Below the pieces are notes generated by a model. The model was not told the origin of the DNA. It made no database searches and saw only the letters and a list, made by a program, of their open reading frames with translations. 12,183 bases of DNA from Fibrobacterota bacterium (GTDB lineage: Bacteria > Fibrobacterota > Fibrobacteria > UBA11236), in contig JAYUVP010000341.1 of NCBI GenBank assembly GCA_043753995.1, positions 1 through 12,183 on the forward strand, given 5' to 3'. This document shows, one piece after another, positions 7,058-12,183 of the stretch (position 1 is its first letter; each line of letters opens with the position of its first letter). A program made the translations under genes and the position numbers.

Positions 7058-8317
7058 TTAATCTGCAGGAGCCGCGGCCCGGCCCAATCCCTTTTTCCGA
7101 ATGTTTTTTTGCTGTTGTTTCCGGGACCTGTTTTCGAGCGGCATGCGTATTTTCAAATCACCCTTTGGCCGAGGTGGCGCCAGCAGGATTTGCGCGGAGC
7201 GATGAAAGACTTCGGCAGGCACGCCAAGTTTTTCCTTGAGGGCAATGTCTCGATCCCAATGCTCGGGCATGGCCGCGAGGCGATGAGCGGCTCCGAGACC
7301 AATGCTATAGGAATGATAAATGGGGGCCACGAGGCGGGTGAAATTCAAAGGATAATCGCTGCCATAAAGGAGGCGCGATTGCGTGAGGGTATCGGCCAAT
7401 AGAGGTTTGAGGCTGCCCAGCTTGTTCAATTGGGTGAGCGAGGAAATATCCGCATAGAGATTGGGGTATTGTTTAAACATTCGCATCAGCATTTCGCTGT
7501 ATTTTTCTCCATCGGCATTGCCTGGCACGCCGGCATGGGCGGCAATCACGGTCACGCCCAGACGCAAGGGCAATTGCAATCGGCGAGGATCGCAAAGCGA
7601 ATCGGCGGCGCGTAATAAGGCATGCTCATCGCCGGTATGCGTAAGCAAGGGCAAATGCAAGCGAACCATTTCGCGATAAAATGGAATCAAGGTGGTGTCG
7701 GCAGGATCGATGAGCATCATGGAGGGAATCCATTTCACCAAAACGGCTCCGTCCAAGGCGGCTTGGCGCAGGCGCTGCAGGGCATGGGAGCGGTAGGGAT
7801 TGATGCTGGCACCATAGAGCAGGCCGGGCCGCTTCAGGGTTTCGCGCCGAACGAAGTCGCCGGGCACATAGATTTGCGTGGCGGTCGTGTCGAGTCGGCC
7901 ATGGGTGACCACGCCATCCATTGCCAATACGATGGCTGCCCCGACGCGCTGGGTTTGCCGCATGCGTCTCACCAGGCGATCGAAAATGATTGCGTCGCCG
8001 GAATCGATTAATTCTTTTTCATCGGCGTCGAAGGCATGCAAATACATGCCGAATTTAAAACTGCGGAGAATGGCAGGGGTGATATAGCAACCGCTTCGCG
8101 ATCCGATGCCAGCCACATGAACATGCATGTCCAGGAATTTTCCACGAGCCACGGTATCTCGCGTGGGACGGTGATCGGAGAAGCCCGTGTCCTGCGTCAC
8201 GATAGGCTGGCTGGGCTTAAGCCGGTCGGATCTACGCGTCGTTGTCGCGGGCCATGCCTCGGCCACGAGAAGCATAAGCAGCAAGCCGAAAGTACCCCGT
8301 AGGAAAAGTCCCTTCAA
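7058..8317 (-). CDS. Amidohydrolase-superfamily (Amidohydro_2-like) metal-dependent hydrolase with predicted signal peptide
   Basis: TIM-barrel metal-site motifs DMHVH, VKWIP, LLTHTGDE, VIAAHAG, LYADISS and LLYGSDYP. Hydrophobic N-terminus ending AEAWPA. TTG start overlaps the gpsA stop (TTGA, 8314-8317). Confidence 0.9.
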   Translation of the reverse strand: MKGLFLRGTFGLLLMLLVAEAWPATTTRRSDRLKPSQPIVTQDTGFSDHRPTRDTVARGKFLDMHVHVAGIGSRSGCYITPAILRSFKFGMYLHAFDADEKELIDSGDAIIFDRLVRRMRQTQRVGAAIVLAMDGVVTHGRLDTTATQIYVPGDFVRRETLKRPGLLYGASINPYRSHALQRLRQAALDGAVLVKWIPSMMLIDPADTTLIPFYREMVRLHLPLLTHTGDEHALLRAADSLCDPRRLQLPLRLGVTVIAAHAGVPGNADGEKYSEMLMRMFKQYPNLYADISSLTQLNKLGSLKPLLADTLTQSRLLYGSDYPLNFTRLVAPIYHSYSIGLGAAHRLAAMPEHWDRDIALKEKLGVPAEVFHRSAQILLAPPRPKGDLKIRMPLENRSRKQQQKNIRKKGLGRAAAPAD

Positions 8318-9372
8318 CGGCCTTCACCTTCTTGGATTTGCGCGAATTCGACGTCTTCCATCTGCGGCACGGCCATGAGGCCTTCGAGAACTTGTGGCAA
8401 GGTGAGGCCTTCGAATAACAAGGCATGCAAGCCTTCGAGAATGTGCATGCGAATGCCGAGCTGGGGCAATTTGGGTTTGACTATGCGTATGGTATTCACG
8501 CCTTCGGCGACTTCGCCGATTTCGTCGACCGCTTGCTTCAGGGTTTTGCCCTGACCCAATAGCCAGCCTACGCGATAATTTCGAGACAAGGGAGAGCTGC
8601 AAGTGGTGACCAAGTCGCCAACGCCCGCAAGCCCCAAAAAGGTCATGGGATTGCAGCCGAGGCAGGCCGCGAGGCGGCTCATTTCCGCGAGCCCACGGGT
8701 GATGAGCATGCCGCGTGTATTGTCGCCGTATTTTAAGGCAGTCGTCAGACCCGTGGCGATGGCATAGACATTTTTTAGCACGCCAGCCAATTCGACGCCA
8801 TGCACATCGCTATTGCTGTAAACTCGAAAGTATGGGCCCGAGAGCAATTCCTGGACTTTGCGGTTCACGCGCTCGAAGCGGCTGGCGATAACGGTGCCAC
8901 TGGGCATTTTCGCCACGATTTCCTTGGCCAAATTGGGTCCCGACAGGGCGGCAATTTGTAGGCTGCACGTTTCTTCACGCAAGATTTCAGTCATCAGCTT
9001 GAAGCTGCCCTCTTCAATACCCTTGGTGGTGGAAACCAGCATTTGATGCGGCTCGCAATATTCACCGACTTGGCGCGCCAAATCGCGGAAGGAGGGGCTG
9101 GGCACGCAGAGGAAAATCACGGCGCTATCGCGCACGGTTTCTTCGAGCGAAGGGGTTCCTCGAATATTCGCGCTCAGGGGAATGCCAGGTAGGTACTTGG
9201 CATTCTCATGCGTGAGATTGAAGGCTTCGGCGGCTTCGGGTTTACGAAACCATAGCCGCACATCATGGCCGCACGTGCCGATGATATCGGCGATGGCCGA
9301 ACCGAAGCTACCTCCACCGATGACGCCGACCTTTTCTTTTTTCTGCTCAGACAAAAGCGCGCTCCAGTCCAT
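8314..9372 (-). CDS. gpsA: NAD(P)H-dependent glycerol-3-phosphate dehydrogenase
   Basis: Motifs VIGGGSFG (Rossmann), ENAKYLPG, TKGIE, LSGPNLAKE, GVELAGVLKNVYAI, GLAGVGDLVTTCSSPLSRNY and AEGV. Confidence 0.98.
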   Translation of the reverse strand: MDWSALLSEQKKEKVGVIGGGSFGSAIADIIGTCGHDVRLWFRKPEAAEAFNLTHENAKYLPGIPLSANIRGTPSLEETVRDSAVIFLCVPSPSFRDLARQVGEYCEPHQMLVSTTKGIEEGSFKLMTEILREETCSLQIAALSGPNLAKEIVAKMPSGTVIASRFERVNRKVQELLSGPYFRVYSNSDVHGVELAGVLKNVYAIATGLTTALKYGDNTRGMLITRGLAEMSRLAACLGCNPMTFLGLAGVGDLVTTCSSPLSRNYRVGWLLGQGKTLKQAVDEIGEVAEGVNTIRIVKPKLPQLGIRMHILEGLHALLFEGLTLPQVLEGLMAVPQMEDVEFAQIQEGEGR

Positions 9373-10966
9373 AGTGATCCAACCGATTGCGATAATAATA
9401 GAGCAGCTTCATGTCTTCGGAAAAAACCTTGCCTTGCTCAAGCTTCAAGGTTCGGCCGTCGTGGTAGGTGCTGAAATGCGCCATGGCATTGGCGAAAATT
9501 TCGTTGGCATTCATTTGCCGCAATTTCGGTTCTAGCTGCAGTTTACCTGCTGCGTCATATTCGAGCAAAACCGCCATGAGTTTCCCCAATCCCGCGACGA
9601 GTAGGTCTTCGTCAATGCCGCTATCCTTCCCTTCGGTCCGCAAAAATCGGTAGAGGTCATAAGCCGGATTTCGCTGCCGCAAAAGATGAAAGGCGGCATA
9701 TCCCACAGCATGGGTGGCGAGTATAAAATTGTTTTTCAAATAGGCACGCACCAGTGAGCGCCCCAATTCCCGGGTATATTCCTGGTCGCGTTGCGGTTCG
9801 AATACGGGATCGCCTTGACGCTCGACATAGCGCCGCCGATTGACGGGACGTCCGCGCAAATCATGGCTGACGCCAGCGGCATCGACGGTATTGCCGAAAA
9901 GGTCGATGGGCTCGCCGAAATGCAGGTGAATCTTGGAATGCATGCGCGTCAGATTACGCCAGAAATTCAAAAGGCGCATCGGCCCGCTGCGGCGATTGCG
10001 CATGCGTATGAAACGGCTTTTGCCCTCTTCCTTCAAATGCTCTTCGATAAGGCTTTTCGCCTCAAGGACAAGACCATAGGAGAGATTCACGGGAATGACG
10101 AAAAGATCTGGCTTGGGCTTTTTCTCTTGCAAATTACGGACATAGACATGGACCCCACAGCCAAGCAGGCCGAGCTTGAGATGCTGTTCTATGTCGCCGC
10201 GCCGGGAGCGAGTGCCTCCGGGGAAAAACAAATTATGCTCGCCCTGCTCCATGGAAAGGGTGGCGTATTGCTTGAGGGTGGCCTTGTAAATCTCGTTTTT
10301 CTTGCGACGGTCCACCTTATAGGCACCGAGATTGTTCATGAAATAAGAAATGATGGGATTGGTGAAAAGATTGAGTCCCGCGCCATAGGTGAATGGCGGC
10401 AATCGTGAGAGGTAAAGTCCAACTCCAATGACCACGGAGTCGAGATTGCTGACATGGTTTGGCGCCATGATGAGGGTGCCTTTATCAGCTAAGGCACTTA
10501 TGCGTTCCAAGTCTCCGCTAATGACCAGGTTGTCTTCAATGCGAAGCTTGTCGCTGGCCCAGGTCAATACCTCGGTAGGCGAAAGCCGGTTGAGAATGAC
10601 CTTGAGGCCCCAGGGCACGATGCGGGCAACTAAGCCATGCAGGCGGGGATTGAAGGACCCATGAATTTCTTCGACGTAGCGGGTGATGATGCTGCGGAGA
10701 ATGCCGACGCGTTCGTCGTCGCTGACATGCAGAAAGTTGGCGCTGATTTCCGACCAAAAATCCTGGGATTCTTGATTCTCCAGGGACGGCTTTTCCCGCC
10801 TCAGCCTTTCTTGTTCCTGATAAAGGGCGTCATTGATGAGCACTTCCAAGCTGAGAGTGGAGTCGCGTCGCATTTTGGCGAGTTGCTCCTCCACCACCCG
10901 ATCGGTGACTTCCTTCAAATAGTATTCGCGGCGTACGCGAGTGGTGGGTGTACCGAGCAAGTTCAT
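9347..10966 (-). CDS. Glycerolipid acyltransferase, PlsB-like glycerol-3-phosphate acyltransferase
   Basis: NHVSNLD (HxxxxD), AGLNLF, LGAYKVDRR, FFPGGTRSRRG and IPVNLSY. 539 aa, overlapping the gpsA start by 26 bp. Confidence 0.88.
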   Translation of the reverse strand: MNLLGTPTTRVRREYYLKEVTDRVVEEQLAKMRRDSTLSLEVLINDALYQEQERLRREKPSLENQESQDFWSEISANFLHVSDDERVGILRSIITRYVEEIHGSFNPRLHGLVARIVPWGLKVILNRLSPTEVLTWASDKLRIEDNLVISGDLERISALADKGTLIMAPNHVSNLDSVVIGVGLYLSRLPPFTYGAGLNLFTNPIISYFMNNLGAYKVDRRKKNEIYKATLKQYATLSMEQGEHNLFFPGGTRSRRGDIEQHLKLGLLGCGVHVYVRNLQEKKPKPDLFVIPVNLSYGLVLEAKSLIEEHLKEEGKSRFIRMRNRRSGPMRLLNFWRNLTRMHSKIHLHFGEPIDLFGNTVDAAGVSHDLRGRPVNRRRYVERQGDPVFEPQRDQEYTRELGRSLVRAYLKNNFILATHAVGYAAFHLLRQRNPAYDLYRFLRTEGKDSGIDEDLLVAGLGKLMAVLLEYDAAGKLQLEPKLRQMNANEIFANAMAHFSTYHDGRTLKLEQGKVFSEDMKLLYYYRNRLDHYGLERAFV

Positions 10967-11009
10967 AGGGAAGATTCGACGCTTTCTCGGCCGGGTCGGT
11001 ACCCGTGAC

Positions 11010-11696
11010 TCATATCGCCCACAGCGCGGCGATTTTTCCCCAGGTGACTTCGGTGAGCCGGTCCACCGTCCAATGGGGACCTCGCAAATCCGATTTGGAA
11101 TGAGTTGTCGCTACGCCAATCACCTTCATGCCGCCAGTGAGGCCCGCATCTATCCCGACCTGGGCATCTTCGAATACCACGCAATGCTCCGGCGCGCGAT
11201 GGATGGCTTTGGCAGCGAGTAAAAATATTTGCGGATCCGGTTTTCCCAAGGTGACGTCTTCGGCGCTGCAAATGGCGGCGAAGCGGTGCTCTAACCCCAA
11301 AACGCGCAAGGTCGTGGTGATATTCAGGCGATGAGTCGAAGAACCAATGGCGGCGGGTATTCCCAGGTCACTCAACAAGGCCAGCAATTCCGATACGCCA
11401 GGAAGGGCTTGAATCCCCCGCTCAACAATGATTTCACGATACAATTCTTCTTTGCGCAAGGAGAGGCGGCGTATTTCCACGGGGTCTTGCGACCATCCCA
11501 AAAGGTTTGGCAAAATGGTTTCGTTTTTCATGCCGAAACCGCGCTTGAAATGACCCGGAGGCAAGTTGCGATTTTCCTCAGCAGCCAAACGCTCCCAACT
11601 TTCTTCGTGTTGGGAGGAGGAGTCGATGACCACGCCGTCCCAATCGAAAAGGGCACCCAGGATTTGTGGATTCGGTTTCAAGTCGGTGGACTTCAT
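11010..11696 (-). CDS. HAD-superfamily phosphatase (beta-phosphoglucomutase-like subfamily)
   Basis: Motif I FDWDGV, motif II GSST, motif III GKPDP and motif IV FEDAQVG. ATG 11696 is preferred over the ORF-track start at 11792, which would overlap the upstream gene. Confidence 0.93.
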   Translation of the reverse strand: MKSTDLKPNPQILGALFDWDGVVIDSSSQHEESWERLAAEENRNLPPGHFKRGFGMKNETILPNLLGWSQDPVEIRRLSLRKEELYREIIVERGIQALPGVSELLALLSDLGIPAAIGSSTHRLNITTTLRVLGLEHRFAAICSAEDVTLGKPDPQIFLLAAKAIHRAPEHCVVFEDAQVGIDAGLTGGMKVIGVATTHSKSDLRGPHWTVDRLTEVTWGKIAALWAI

Positions 11697-11757
11697 CCTG
11701 CGACCATTCGAAAAGTAGGGAGAAGATGGTGGCCAATGGTACAAATTGAACGGATTT

Positions 11758-11952
11758 TCATTCACCATTCCCACTTTCCATTTCCCGCTCAAAATGCAAC
11801 ATCACGGACTCCAAGAGACCATCGGTTTCAGCATGCAGAAAAACCCAGCCTTTTTGCCACCAGGTTTCTGCCTCACGCTCGATAAGCCGGGCGACCTCTT
11901 CCGGTTTCCAATTCGGTGAAAGGGGGATGAGGGCGACGTCGCGCTGCTTCAA
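11758..11952 (-). CDS. Small hypothetical protein (64 aa), DUF4177-like pattern
   Basis: TTG start overlaps the upstream TGA (TTGA, 11949-11952). The pattern helix-(QK)GWVFL...MLHFERE resembles the GWEL...FKR pattern of DUF4177-like proteins. Confidence 0.6.
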   Translation of the reverse strand: MKQRDVALIPLSPNWKPEEVARLIEREAETWWQKGWVFLHAETDGLLESVMLHFEREMESGNGE

Positions 11953-12183
11953 ACGGCAGAATTTTCCTTGAGTTGGGCGTTTTGCTTCAATTCTGCGCTG
12001 AAAACCTGTTCATATAAGGTCCATAAGGTGATGAAAAGCGAAGCTAGGATGGGACCGATAATAAAGCCGGGCAAACCGAAAAGCCCCAAGCCACCCAAGG
12101 TGCTCATGAGCACCATGAGGTCATGCAATTTCGCATCCTTGCCCACCAAACTGGGGCGCAATAAATTGTCCACCGTTCCGATG
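11949..12183 (-). CDS. AI-2E family (PerM/TqsA-like) transporter, C-terminal part only
   Basis: ...IGTVDNLLRPSLVG...MVLMSTLGGLGLFGLPGFIIGPILASLF. DN.LRP, GG...FG and G...GP form the AI-2E C-terminal signature. The frame is open to the right edge. Confidence 0.92.
   Translation of the reverse strand, partial: IGTVDNLLRPSLVGKDAKLHDLMVLMSTLGGLGLFGLPGFIIGPILASLFITLWTLYEQVFSAELKQNAQLKENSAV

Noticed and set aside
7041..7061. Imperfect hairpin TTAAC-GCG-CAG-CGC-CG-GTTAA joining the two convergent stop codons
   Set aside because: The stem is weak and bulged with no U-tract, too poor to call a bidirectional terminator.
11697..11792. 32-aa N-terminal extension of the HAD ORF in the ORF track
   Set aside because: It overlaps the upstream small gene and covers a promoter-like intergenic stretch. 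ATG 11696 puts motif I near the N-terminus, as usual.
9791..11885. Long plus-strand ORFs (9791..10408, 10637..11008, 11331..11885)
   Set aside because: They are antisense to well-supported genes, which is expected in GC-rich DNA.
1..12183. Defence island, prophage, transposon or CRISPR system
   Set aside because: No nuclease, integrase, transposase, reverse transcriptase, Cas gene or repeat-spacer array is recognisable, and I see no obvious compositional break.

Overview
A GC-rich bacterial chromosomal window of mostly housekeeping and conserved-hypothetical genes. I saw no mobile element, CRISPR array, rRNA or tRNA. On the left, a methylglyoxal synthase gene (mgsA, minus strand, running off the left edge and missed by the ORF track) diverges from a plus-strand run. 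That run is a MORN-variant/YwqK-type repeat protein, purE-purK, a structured intergenic region, a double zinc-ribbon protein, a 109-aa helical hypothetical, an SGNH/SASA acetylesterase and a DUF4139-type exported protein. On the right is a convergent minus-strand run: AI-2E-family transporter (partial), 64-aa small protein, HAD phosphatase, PlsB-like acyltransferase, gpsA and an exported amidohydrolase. I cannot demonstrate a new system from sequence alone. The best leads are: (i) a candidate multi-stem RNA leader at 2961-3062 whose closing stem would cover the RBS of the zinc-ribbon gene; (ii) the coupled HAD/PlsB-like/GpsA/exported-amidohydrolase cluster; (iii) a Lys/Ala/Pro-rich tail on PurE; (iv) a probable CTG start codon; (v) a possible short AlkD-like HEAT protein. 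All family calls are by motif recognition; no database search was run.
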